Shown one piece after another: positions 9,714 through 18,756 of a DNA stretch of 64,000 nt. Every line of letters starts with the position of its first letter. The stretch's first letter is position 1. The DNA comes from Planctomycetota bacterium (GTDB taxonomy: Bacteria; Planctomycetota; UBA1135; UBA2386): assembly GCA_031423015.1 (NCBI GenBank), contig JANPER010000150.1, positions 3,330 to 67,329 on the forward strand, given 5' to 3'. The position numbers and the translations under genes were made by a program. The notes below the pieces were generated by a model. It did no database searches and was not told the origin of the DNA. It saw only the letters and a program-made list of their open reading frames with translations.

Positions 9714-12509
9714 ATGGACGATCGCATGCTGCTGCAACCATCTCGGCGCGAAGTTTCTCGACGCGCATTTCGGCCATTGATCGGTCACTTCCTGTTGACC
9801 CTGTTGGCGGTGGAGGCCGGCGCTCAGCAAGTGGGGGGCACGGGCTTCAGCAGCGGCCGTGGCTTCTACAACCAGCCACTCGACGTGGTCGTGAGCACCA
9901 GCACCGCCGGCGCAACCGTGCGCTACACGTTGGATGGCAGCGATCCGACGTCTTCGTCGAACTACGCCGAGGGGCTGGCGCCGGCGACGGTGCGTATCGA
10001 TCCTGCCAGCACGAACGGCGTGCTGCGCCGGGTGACACCGGCGGTGACGTTGCGGGCCTACGCCTACAAACAAGGCCTGACACCGAGCGCCGTCGATACG
10101 CAGACTTACGTCTTCGTCGACCGTGTGCTGACCCAGACGCGCCCGTCGGGCTACCCCACCGGTTTCGAGTATGACATGGACGCTGTCGTCGTGAACGACC
10201 CCCGCTACCAGAGTCGTATCCGGAACGACCTGCTGTCGGTGCCCAGCATCTCCGTCGTGACCTCGGTGAACGACATGTTCGGGACGAACAGCTTGATGAC
10301 CGCGTCCGCCAGCTCGATCGAGAAGCCGGGTTCGATCGAAGTCATCCATCCCGACGGCCGCAGCGGCGTGCAGGCGAACTGCGGTTTCAAGCCGCACTCG
10401 CACATCCTGCGCAAGCGCAGTCTGCGAGTGTACTTTCGCGGCGCGGTCTACGGCGTCGGCGCACTCCATCACGACTTGTTCCCAGACGCCGTCGAGGGCG
10501 TGGATGCGCGCGTTCGGCGCTTCGACGTCTTGGTCCTGCGTGCCGGCGTGAACGACAACCTGCAAAGCGCCTTTGACGGGCGCAACGGCCGCGCCACCTA
10601 CGTGGTCGATCAGTTGGCGCGTTCGTCGCAGGCAGCGATGAGCGGTTACGGCCAGCGCGGCTTGTTTGCGCACCTGTACATCAACGGCCTGTATTGGGGC
10701 CTCTACAACTTGGTCGAGCGACCCGACGACGCGTTCTCTGCTGGTCAGTTCGGCGGCGACGAGCGCGACTGGTTCGCGATCAACCACGCTGGCGAGCTCA
10801 GCGGCGACCCCTCCTGGTTCCGCGGGCTGGTCAGCAACTCGTGGGATTGGAACGTGGTGCGGCAGCGCCTCGACTTGCCGTCATTCGCTGATTACATCCT
10901 GTACTACTTCCTGAGTGGCGGCGGCGACTGGCCCGAGAACAACTGGTACGCAGGCAACCGTGTGTTGCCGACGCCCGGATTCGTGCGCTACCACATCTGG
11001 GACATCGAGGACTCGTGGATCCGCATGCCGGGACGCGCCAACGACGGTGCCTGGGTTCACCCGAACTTGATCGCTGGCGCCGGGGACCTGGGCCGCATCT
11101 GGACGAATGTCGACAACCACGTCGACTTCCTCATGGTTTTGGCTGACCGCGTCTACAAGCACTGCTTCAACGACGGCGCGATCAGCGAAGATCAGCTGCA
11201 GGCACGCTACGACCAGTTATGCGCGCAAATCGACGGCGCGGTCGTTCCCGAGTCGGCGCGCTGGGGTCGCTTCAAGGGCGGTGGCGGACGTTGGACCCGC
11301 GACGACGACTGGGTGCCGTACAAGAACTCGGTGCGCAGTCTGATGACGGGCAACGTGCAGAGGTTGCTCGCAGCGCTACGCAACGTGAACGTTCCCTCGC
11401 CCCACCCGAAGTACTACCCCGACGTCGAGCCGCCGCTGTTCCGTAGCGGGGGGATCACCCTGAACCTCACCAAGCTCACGGTGGCGCCGGGCTTCCCGCT
11501 GAGCATCGACCGCGCGTCCAGCAGCGGCACCGTCTACTACACGCTGGACGGCAGCGATCCGCGTGCCCCGGGTGGTGCGGCGCGCGGGACCAATGCCGGC
11601 GCCGGCACCAGTCTCAACGTGAACACGTCGATGATCGTGCACGCGCGCACGCTGCATAACGGTGAGTGGAGCGCGCTGCACGAGCTGGTGTTCCTCGTCA
11701 TGCCGACGCTGCCGCTCGAGATCCACGAGTTCATGGCGGAGAACGACACCGGAATCCGTGACGAGACCGGCCAGTCCGAGGATTGGATCGAGATCTGGAA
11801 CAAGTCGCCGCAGCCGTTCAACATCGGCGGCTACCGCCTGACCGACGACATCCGCGTGCCGACGAAGTGGACGTTCCCGGCAGGGACGACAATCCCGCCG
11901 GGCTCTACGATCCTGGTCTGGGCCGACAGTGAGACGACGCAGGGGCCGCTCCATGCCAACTTCGGGCTGAGCGCCAATGGCGAGTTGGTGGCGCTGTTCG
12001 ACCCGTCTGGTACCGTTCTCGTAGACGGCTTCCCCTTCGGGCCTCAGCTTGGCGACGTCTCAGTCGGTCGCTTGGCGGATGGCGACAACACCTGGGTTGC
12101 GCTGTCTAGCCCGACGCCGCGACGACCCAATCGCGCGAGCCCCTGCGGCCACATCTCCTACCGCAGCGCGGCGCTCTTGCCCGTGGCGGCGTCGCTGCGT
12201 GGCGAGGGCACGGTGATGCCGACCGAGCGGATGAAGATACGCCTCAACGGAGCCGCACCATCCAGTCCGGCGGCGTTGGCGGTCGGCCTGCTCCCGGCGC
12301 ATGCCGAACTCAACGGTTTGGGCACCCTCCTGGTGACGCCGCTCATCGTGGTGCCAGCCACGACCGACGTCGAGGGCAAGGTCACATTCACGGTGTGGCT
12401 GCCCCCAGACCCAAACCTGCGCCATGCCACGATCTTCACTCAAGCAGTGTTCGTCAGCGGCGGGATCGCCGGGCTGTCAGACGCGGTGGCCTCTCGCGTC
12501 TGCCCGTAG
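9714..12509 (+). CDS. Secreted CotH-domain protein with Fn3-associated and lamin-tail (LTD) domains
   Basis: An SD-like aggagagg precedes the ATG. The signal-like segment is LLTLLAVEAGAQQ. The CotH core is HLYINGLYWGLYNLVERPDDAF. Two TVRYTLDGSDP/TVYYTLDGSDP modules are present. The LTD is IHEFMAENDTG...EDWIEIWNKSPQPFNIGGYRLTDD...PPGSTILVWAD. The C-terminal ~90 aa belong to the shared module described in findings. Confidence 0.8.
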   Translation: MDDRMLLQPSRREVSRRAFRPLIGHFLLTLLAVEAGAQQVGGTGFSSGRGFYNQPLDVVVSTSTAGATVRYTLDGSDPTSSSNYAEGLAPATVRIDPASTNGVLRRVTPAVTLRAYAYKQGLTPSAVDTQTYVFVDRVLTQTRPSGYPTGFEYDMDAVVVNDPRYQSRIRNDLLSVPSISVVTSVNDMFGTNSLMTASASSIEKPGSIEVIHPDGRSGVQANCGFKPHSHILRKRSLRVYFRGAVYGVGALHHDLFPDAVEGVDARVRRFDVLVLRAGVNDNLQSAFDGRNGRATYVVDQLARSSQAAMSGYGQRGLFAHLYINGLYWGLYNLVERPDDAFSAGQFGGDERDWFAINHAGELSGDPSWFRGLVSNSWDWNVVRQRLDLPSFADYILYYFLSGGGDWPENNWYAGNRVLPTPGFVRYHIWDIEDSWIRMPGRANDGAWVHPNLIAGAGDLGRIWTNVDNHVDFLMVLADRVYKHCFNDGAISEDQLQARYDQLCAQIDGAVVPESARWGRFKGGGGRWTRDDDWVPYKNSVRSLMTGNVQRLLAALRNVNVPSPHPKYYPDVEPPLFRSGGITLNLTKLTVAPGFPLSIDRASSSGTVYYTLDGSDPRAPGGAARGTNAGAGTSLNVNTSMIVHARTLHNGEWSALHELVFLVMPTLPLEIHEFMAENDTGIRDETGQSEDWIEIWNKSPQPFNIGGYRLTDDIRVPTKWTFPAGTTIPPGSTILVWADSETTQGPLHANFGLSANGELVALFDPSGTVLVDGFPFGPQLGDVSVGRLADGDNTWVALSSPTPRRPNRASPCGHISYRSAALLPVAASLRGEGTVMPTERMKIRLNGAAPSSPAALAVGLLPAHAELNGLGTLLVTPLIVVPATTDVEGKVTFTVWLPPDPNLRHATIFTQAVFVSGGIAGLSDAVASRVCP

Positions 12510-12541
12510 GCAGCATCCGCGGCCGTAACGCTCGGACTCTG

Positions 12542-12997
12542 ACGGGCAGCACCTGCCATTGGCAACACCAGGGGCGGCGCAGAAGCCCCTTGCTGCCCGT
12601 TGCCGAATCCCCTCGCCTGAGAGCGTGAGCGAGAATCGACGCGCCGCAGGCGCGCGGCGCCCATCAGGCGCCCAGGAGGAGAGGCCGCGTGTCGCGGCCG
12701 GCGTGGGGGAGGGTCCGCCTCCCCCACCAGCAAGGAACTCAGCGCGGCAGAGCCGCAACCAACGAGAGGCGAAGCGAGCCGCTCGGCGGCTCTGCCGCGA
12801 GTCATGAGCCGTAAGACGTAAGCCCTAAGGCCCAGACCGCTGTCTGACCGCCTCACCGCCGCCGCCTGTCCGCGTTCTGGACTTACGGCTAACGACTTGC
12901 GGCTCATGACTTTCCACAGCCGAAACATCTTCGCGCTTCGCGAAGATGTTTCGGCTGTGGAACTCAGAGCATGAGCAATTGTTGCTCATGCTCTGAG
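12542..12997. repeat. Chain of eight consecutive inverted repeats (hairpin array) filling the CotH-hbd intergenic region
   Basis: Stems read directly from the DNA are: 12542-12551/12591-12600; 12641-12647/12654-12660; 12683-12689/12693-12699; 12703-12712/12718-12727; 12743-12756/12786-12799; 12800-12815/12896-12911 (1 mismatch); 12912-12935/12939-12962 (24 bp, loop ctt); and 12963-12978/12982-12997 (16 bp, loop ttg). Confidence 0.65.
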
Positions 12998-13034
12998 CTA
13001 GCATGCGCGGCCCGCGCTGCCGTCCGCCAGCCCC

Positions 13035-13898
13035 ATGACCGAGACCCTCCCCAAGAAGATCGCCGTGATCGGCGCCGGCACGATGGGCAATGGCATCGCG
13101 CAGGCCTTTGCGGCGGTCGGCGTGCAGGTCGCGCTCATCGACATCAAGGATGAGTTCGTGCAGCGCGGCCTGAGCGCGGTGCATGGCAGCCTCGCGCGCT
13201 TCGTCAAGAAGGGCACGCTGCCGCAAGCCGACGCCGACGCGACCTTGAAGCGCATCCAGGGCACCACCGCAATGGACGCCGCTGCCGACGCGCAGCTCGT
13301 GATCGAGGCAGTGAGCGAGAACGAGTCGATCAAGCGCGACGTGTTCGCGCGGCTCGACGGCCTGTGCAACAAGGCCGCGATCCTCGCCAGCAACACGTCG
13401 TCGATCTCGATCACCAGGATCGCTGCCGCGACCAAGCGTTCGAGCCAGGTCATCGGCATGCACTTCATGAACCCAGTGCCGCTGATGAAGCTGGTCGAGG
13501 TGATCCGCGGCCAAGACACCAGCGTCGACACCACGGCCAGGGTCGTGGCGTGGTCCAGGTCCATGGGCAAGACTCCGGTCGAGGCGCAGGACTACCCCGG
13601 CTTCATCAGCAACCGCGTGTTGATGCCCATGATCAATGAGGCGGTGTTCTGCTTGATGGAGAACGTGGCCACGCGCGAGGGCATCGACGAGATCATGAAG
13701 CTCGGTATGAACCACCCGATGGGGCCGTTGCAGCTTGCCGACTTCATCGGCCTCGACGTGTGCGTCAACATCCTCGACGTGCTGAAGGACGGGTTGGGCG
13801 ACGACAAGTACCGGGCGTGCCCACTCCTGCGACGCATGGTTGCGGCCGGTCATCTCGGCAAGAAGACTGGCAAGGGCTTCTACGACTACACGACATGA
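13035..13898 (+). CDS. hbd: 3-hydroxybutyryl-CoA dehydrogenase (NAD-binding 3-hydroxyacyl-CoA dehydrogenase)
   Basis: The Rossmann motif is IAVIGAGTMGNGIAQ. Also present are ASNTSSISIT, the HFMNPVPLMKLVEV signature and the C-terminal GKKTGKGFYDY. Confidence 0.9.
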   Translation: MTETLPKKIAVIGAGTMGNGIAQAFAAVGVQVALIDIKDEFVQRGLSAVHGSLARFVKKGTLPQADADATLKRIQGTTAMDAAADAQLVIEAVSENESIKRDVFARLDGLCNKAAILASNTSSISITRIAAATKRSSQVIGMHFMNPVPLMKLVEVIRGQDTSVDTTARVVAWSRSMGKTPVEAQDYPGFISNRVLMPMINEAVFCLMENVATREGIDEIMKLGMNHPMGPLQLADFIGLDVCVNILDVLKDGLGDDKYRACPLLRRMVAAGHLGKKTGKGFYDYTT

Positions 13899-15073
13899 CG
13901 CAGATCACCGACCACGCGACCTCGGCGCAGGTTATCGACTTCGAGTTGTCGCCCGAGCTGCAAGTGTTTCGTGCCGAGGTCGAGGCCTTCGTGCGCGACA
14001 CCGACCTGCAGCGCAAGGCGCGCGACTTCGACGCCCAACAGGTCTTCCCTGAAGGGCCCGTGCGCGAGGCCGCCAAGCGTGGCTTGCTCGCGGTGACCTG
14101 TCCCAAGAAGTACGGCGGCCGCGAACTCGGCAACGTGGCGAGCTGCGTGATGCTCGAAGAGCTGAACGCGGCCTGCGCGTCGACTGGCGTCACGGTCTCG
14201 GTGCACAATTCGCTGGTGTGCTCGCCGCTCGGCAAGTGGGGCAACGACGACCAGAAGCGCCGCTACTTTCCCAAACTGGTCACCGGTGAGTGGCTCGGCG
14301 CCTACTGCCTGTCCGAGGCATTCTCCGGCTCCGATGCCGCGGCGCTGCGCTGCGAGGCCAAGCCCGACGGCGACAGCTTCGTGCTCAATGGCGCGAAGCT
14401 GTGGATCACCACCGGCACCGAGGCTGAGTTCTTCATCGTGTTTGCCCGCACCGGCCCCGACCGGGTGAAGGGCATCTCGGCGTTCCTGGTCGAGGCCAGC
14501 TACGAAGGGGTGACCGTCGGCAAGAAGGAGCGCAAGCTCGGCATCCGCGGGTCGCCCACGACCGAGATCTTGCTGGAGTCCGTGCGTGTGCCGGCTACCA
14601 ACATGCTCGGCGAGGAGGGCAAGGGCTTCAGCATTGCGCTCGATACCCTCGATGGCGGTCGGCTCGGCATCGCGTCGCAGTCGCTCGGCATCACGCGCGC
14701 ATGCCGTGACCTGCTGCTCGATCACCTGCGCGCGCAGGTCGACGGCAGTGGCCGGCCGACGGTGACGCAGGCGGCGCAGTACCAACTCGCGGACCTGGCC
14801 GCCGACCTCGACGCCTACCGCATGCTCACGTGGCGCGCGGCGGTGCTGCGCGACCGCGGCGTCCGCTGTAGCACCGAGGCGGCGATGGCCAAGCTAGGCG
14901 CCAGCCGCCTCGCCAATCGATCGGCGCGCGCGACCGTTTCGATCCTTGGCGCCGCGGGCGTGAGCGGCGCCTCCGACGCCGAGCGTCTGCTGCGCGACGC
15001 GCGCATCACCGAGATCTATGAGGGCGCCACCGACATTCAGCGCCTGGTGATCGCGCGAGGTCTGACGGGATGA
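13895..15073 (+). CDS. Acyl-CoA dehydrogenase (short-chain/butyryl-CoA type)
   Basis: The ATG at 13895 overlaps the hbd stop (ATGA). Motifs are GAYCLSEAFSGSDAAAL, KLWITTG and the C-terminal RITEIYEGATDIQRLVIAR containing the catalytic Glu. Confidence 0.9.
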   Translation: MTQITDHATSAQVIDFELSPELQVFRAEVEAFVRDTDLQRKARDFDAQQVFPEGPVREAAKRGLLAVTCPKKYGGRELGNVASCVMLEELNAACASTGVTVSVHNSLVCSPLGKWGNDDQKRRYFPKLVTGEWLGAYCLSEAFSGSDAAALRCEAKPDGDSFVLNGAKLWITTGTEAEFFIVFARTGPDRVKGISAFLVEASYEGVTVGKKERKLGIRGSPTTEILLESVRVPATNMLGEEGKGFSIALDTLDGGRLGIASQSLGITRACRDLLLDHLRAQVDGSGRPTVTQAAQYQLADLAADLDAYRMLTWRAAVLRDRGVRCSTEAAMAKLGASRLANRSARATVSILGAAGVSGASDAERLLRDARITEIYEGATDIQRLVIARGLTG

Positions 15074-16176
15074 GCGAGTCCACGCCGCCTGCATCCGCCG
15101 CGCCGCCCGCCGGCTATCCGGTGTATCCGACCAACCCTCCGAGCGAGGGGCGGCCGGTGTCGTTCTACCTCGCGATCTTCCTGGCGATGCTGCTCGTGCT
15201 GTCGGTCGGCCTCAACCTGGTGTTGCTCGTCGTCGGCGTGGTGCGATCGGCGGCGGGCGGTCTTGGCATCAGCGACGTCAGCGACAGCAACTTCGAGATC
15301 GTCGGCGTCAGCGGCGACAGCGACGCGCGCGAGCGCATTCTGCGCGTGCCGATCGAGGGTGCCATCGCCGAGTCATCGAGTCCGTTGATCGGTGCGCCGG
15401 GCGGCACGGTGACGCAGGTGGAGCGCGCGCTGCGCCTCGCCAAGGGCGACGACTCGATCAAGGGCGTGCTGTTGTTCGTCAACTCGCCGGGCGGCGGGGT
15501 GACCGACTCCGACCTCATCTACCGCAAGATCCGCGCGTTCCGCACGGAGACCGACAAGCCCGTGGTCGCGCTGTTTGGCGACATGGCGGCGAGCGGCGGC
15601 TACTACGTCGCCTGCGCCTGCGAGCACATCATGGCGCAGGGCACGACCATCACCGGCTCGATCGGCGTGATCCTCAGCCAGTGGAACTTCGCCGAAGCGG
15701 CGCAGAAGCTCGGCATCAAGTCGGTCGACATCGTGAGCGCGCGCACGCCCTACAAGGCGATGCTGTCGAGCACGAAGCCGGTCGACGAGAAGGAGGTCGC
15801 CATGGCGCGCGCCCTCGTCGACGAGATGTACGACCGCTTCGTCGACGTGGTGGCCGAGGGTCGTCCGGGGTTCGACCGCGACCGCGCGCGTATCGAAAAG
15901 CTGGCCGACGGCCGCATCTACTCGGCGCAGCAAGCGCGCGAAGTCGGCTTGATCGACGGCGTCGGCACCGAGCACGACGCGATCGAGCTGCTGAAGGCGC
16001 GCTGCAAGATCGGCGCCGCCAAGGTCGTCGAGCAACGGCGTCGCATCGGATTCTTCGATGTGCTCACCGGGGCGCACAAACCGCTGCCGGCGCCGAGCCT
16101 CGAACAAGCACTCGGCCAGTTCGTCGGCAAGACCACTGGGCCGCGCTTGCTCTACTTCTGGCCGGGCGGCCGCTAG
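15070..16176 (+). CDS. sppA: Signal peptide peptidase SppA (36K type)
   Basis: The ATG overlaps the upstream stop (ATGA). There is one N-terminal TM helix (FYLAIFLAMLLVLSVGLNLVLLVVGVV). The S49 core is VNSPGGGVTDSD ... MAASGGYYVA ... TGSIGV. Confidence 0.85.
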   Translation: MSESTPPASAAPPAGYPVYPTNPPSEGRPVSFYLAIFLAMLLVLSVGLNLVLLVVGVVRSAAGGLGISDVSDSNFEIVGVSGDSDARERILRVPIEGAIAESSSPLIGAPGGTVTQVERALRLAKGDDSIKGVLLFVNSPGGGVTDSDLIYRKIRAFRTETDKPVVALFGDMAASGGYYVACACEHIMAQGTTITGSIGVILSQWNFAEAAQKLGIKSVDIVSARTPYKAMLSSTKPVDEKEVAMARALVDEMYDRFVDVVAEGRPGFDRDRARIEKLADGRIYSAQQAREVGLIDGVGTEHDAIELLKARCKIGAAKVVEQRRRIGFFDVLTGAHKPLPAPSLEQALGQFVGKTTGPRLLYFWPGGR

Positions 16177-16189
16177 CCAAACGTCAACG

Positions 16190-17260
16190 ATGCACAACTT
16201 CGCACTTTCCGAAGAGCAACAGATGGTCAAGGAGACCATCGCCAAGTTCGTCGAGGACGTCGCGGCGCAGAAGGCGCTCGACTGCGACGAGCACGCGCGC
16301 TTTGTGCGGCCACAGATCGAGCAGCTCGCCGAGTTGGGCATGCTTGGGCTGCCGATCGCCGAGGCTGACGGCGGCGCCGGTATGGGCTGTGTAGCCACGG
16401 TGGTGGCGCTCGAAGAGATCGCCGGCGCGTGTGGTTCGACGGCGCGCTTGCTGGCTTGTCACGCCGGTGTCTGTGGCGCGGCGCTGGCGGGGTTGCCTGC
16501 TGGCAAGGCGCTGCTCGGTGAGCTGGCGAGCGGCAGCAAGTTGGCGACGTGGATTGGCCCGGAGCACGGCGTGCGCGCCAAGGGCGAAGGTGACGCCGTG
16601 AGTCTAGAGGGGCGCGCCGAGTTGGTGACGGCGTCGACCGAGGCCGATGTGTTCATCGTCGCGGCGAAGGCGGCGACGGGCCATGTGCTCTGTGTGGTGC
16701 AGCGCGCGGCAGTGAAGGCGTCGCCTTCGCGGTCGCTCGGCTTCCGCGCCGCGGCGCCGGGTCGCATCGAGCTGCTCGGTGCGAGCGCCAGCGTGGTGGC
16801 GCGGGGTGCCGACGCGGAACGCGCTGCCGCTGCCGCGCATCTTGGAGCATGCATCACGGCAGCCGCGCTTGCCTGTGGCATGGCGCAGGCGTCGCTCCGC
16901 CTCACCGCGCGCTACGCTGGCGAGCGCATAGCCTTCGGCAAGCCGCTGACGGCGCAGCAGGCGGTCGCGCACAAGCTGGTGGAAGTGCAGCGCAAGATCG
17001 AGTGTGCCCGCCACCTGACCTACCATGCCGCGCGCCTGCAAGACGCCGGCGACGACGCGCGCGCCGCGTCTTTCCGCGCCAAGATGGAAGCGGTCGAAGC
17101 AGCAGTGCTGGCCGCCGACGAGGGCGTCCAGATTCACGGCGGCTACGGCTACGTGGTGGAGTACCACGTCGAGCGTCACTACCGCGACGCCAAGACGCTG
17201 GAAGTGCTGGAGGGCGGTTGCGAGGCGTTGCGCGACCAGTTGGCGTCCCTCGGCGCGTGA
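16190..17260 (+). CDS. Acyl-CoA dehydrogenase family protein (divergent)
   Basis: ATG at 16190 lies inside ORF 16058..17260. The N-terminus FALSEEQQMVKETIAKFVED is typical of ACADs. The C-terminus is IHGGYGYVVEYHVERHYRDAKTLEVLEGG. The middle domain is Ala-rich and less conserved. Confidence 0.75.
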   Translation: MHNFALSEEQQMVKETIAKFVEDVAAQKALDCDEHARFVRPQIEQLAELGMLGLPIAEADGGAGMGCVATVVALEEIAGACGSTARLLACHAGVCGAALAGLPAGKALLGELASGSKLATWIGPEHGVRAKGEGDAVSLEGRAELVTASTEADVFIVAAKAATGHVLCVVQRAAVKASPSRSLGFRAAAPGRIELLGASASVVARGADAERAAAAAHLGACITAAALACGMAQASLRLTARYAGERIAFGKPLTAQQAVAHKLVEVQRKIECARHLTYHAARLQDAGDDARAASFRAKMEAVEAAVLAADEGVQIHGGYGYVVEYHVERHYRDAKTLEVLEGGCEALRDQLASLGA

Positions 17261-17438
17261 GCGTGGCCGAGCGGGCCTCGCGCGTGATCATCACGCTCGC
17301 CAGCTCCACAGCTCTGGTCCGAGGCGACCTCGCCACCCGTTGCGCGGTTTTTCCAGCAAGCCATCCCACCGACCTTGCCGATACACCGAGCGACCGCGTC
17401 GACGCGGCACTTCGTAGTTCGGATCGAGGTTGGCCTGA

Positions 17439-18734
17439 ATGGAACAGATGCTGCTTGGCGAGATCCTCCTCAACTTCCGCTTGGTCTCCAAGGCGGACCT
17501 GGAGCGCTGTCTCGATTTGCAACAGCGGCTCGACCCGCAGCCGATGCTGGGCAGCGTCCTGTTGCAGCAGGGCCTGATCGACGAGAAGGTGCTGGCCACC
17601 GTCCTGTCGGTGCAGAAAGACGAACTCGGGACCAGCTTGTTCGACGACACCAAGTCGAAGCACGACGTGGCGCGCACGCTGGAGAAGGCCACCATCGACG
17701 ACTTCCTGAACGCGTCGCGCCGTCTGCATGCGTCCGACTTGTTCTTGTCGTCTGGCCGGCGTCCGGCCGTGCGTCGCAACGGGCTCGTGTCCGACCTACC
17801 GTCGGGCGTGCTGTCGCTCGAACGCTGCCGCGACCTGTTGTTCGCGCTGCTGACGCCGGAGCAGATCGAGGTCTATCAGCGCGACCGGCAGATTGACGTG
17901 CGAGTGAAGACCGTGCGCGGTCGCTTCCGCCTCAACGTGTTCCGGCACTATGACGGGATCGCTGGCGTGTTCCGCGTGTTGTCCGATGACGTGCCGACGT
18001 TCGAGGGGCTCGGGCTGCCCGAGGCGGTACGCGAGATTGCCGACCTCAAGAACGGTCTGGTGCTGGTTACCGGTCCCACGGGCTCGGGCAAGAGCACGAC
18101 GTTGTCGGCGATCGTCGACCTCATCAACAAGAACCGCAAGCTGCACATCATCACGCTCGAAGATCCGATCGAGCACATCTTCAAGAGCGAGCTGTCGTTC
18201 GTATCGCAGCGCGAACTCAACACCAGCACGACGTCATACGCCGACGCGCTGCGTGCGGCGCTGCGCGAGGATCCCGACGTGATCGTGGTGGGTGAGCTGC
18301 GCGATCCGCAGACCTTCGCGGTGGCGCTCACTGCTGCTGAGACTGGCCATCTGGTGCTCGGCACGCTGCACACCAACAGCGCGTGCAGCACGGTGGTGCG
18401 TGTGATCGACCAGTTCCCCGCCGCGCGACGCGCCCACGTGCGCACCATGATGTCGAGCGTGCTGCGCGCGGTGATCTGCCAAGAGCTGATCCCGAGCGTC
18501 GACGGCGAGAACATGTATCAGGCGGCCGAGGTGATGATGGTCACCCCCGCGGTGTCGAATCTGATCCGCGAAAACCGCGAGTGGCAGATCCCCAACGTGA
18601 TGCAGATGAACCGCACCCGCGGCATGCGCCTGATGGACGAGAGTCTGATGGAGCTGGTGCGCGCCAAGAAGATCTCGGTCGACCAGGCGCTCATGCGCGC
18701 CACCGACCGCTCGCGATTCACCGTCCCCGCCTGA
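17439..18734 (+). CDS. PilT/PilU-type hexameric ATPase with N-terminal MshEN/T2SSE_N-like extension
   Basis: Walker A is GPTGSGKSTT, Walker B DPDVIVVGELRD and the His box GHLVLGTLHT. A PilT-like AVSNLIRE motif is present. An extra ~90 aa at the N-terminus carries two 24-aa repeats (see findings). Confidence 0.85.
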   Translation: MEQMLLGEILLNFRLVSKADLERCLDLQQRLDPQPMLGSVLLQQGLIDEKVLATVLSVQKDELGTSLFDDTKSKHDVARTLEKATIDDFLNASRRLHASDLFLSSGRRPAVRRNGLVSDLPSGVLSLERCRDLLFALLTPEQIEVYQRDRQIDVRVKTVRGRFRLNVFRHYDGIAGVFRVLSDDVPTFEGLGLPEAVREIADLKNGLVLVTGPTGSGKSTTLSAIVDLINKNRKLHIITLEDPIEHIFKSELSFVSQRELNTSTTSYADALRAALREDPDVIVVGELRDPQTFAVALTAAETGHLVLGTLHTNSACSTVVRVIDQFPAARRAHVRTMMSSVLRAVICQELIPSVDGENMYQAAEVMMVTPAVSNLIRENREWQIPNVMQMNRTRGMRLMDESLMELVRAKKISVDQALMRATDRSRFTVPA

Positions 18735-18756
18735 GGCAAGAAAGAGCAACCCTGCG

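Noticed and set aside
9171-10787. 538-aa minus-strand ORF spanning the thiolase 3' end, the intergenic region and the CotH 5' part
   Set aside because: It overlaps two well-supported + strand genes and crosses an intergenic region, and it has no motifs. It is a GC-driven open frame.
12440-12928. 162-aa minus-strand ORF (and other short ORFs) across the hairpin array
   Set aside because: The frame is kept open by the palindromes themselves. The translation is low-complexity (Arg/Ala/Gly/Ser). No start context or family signal is present.
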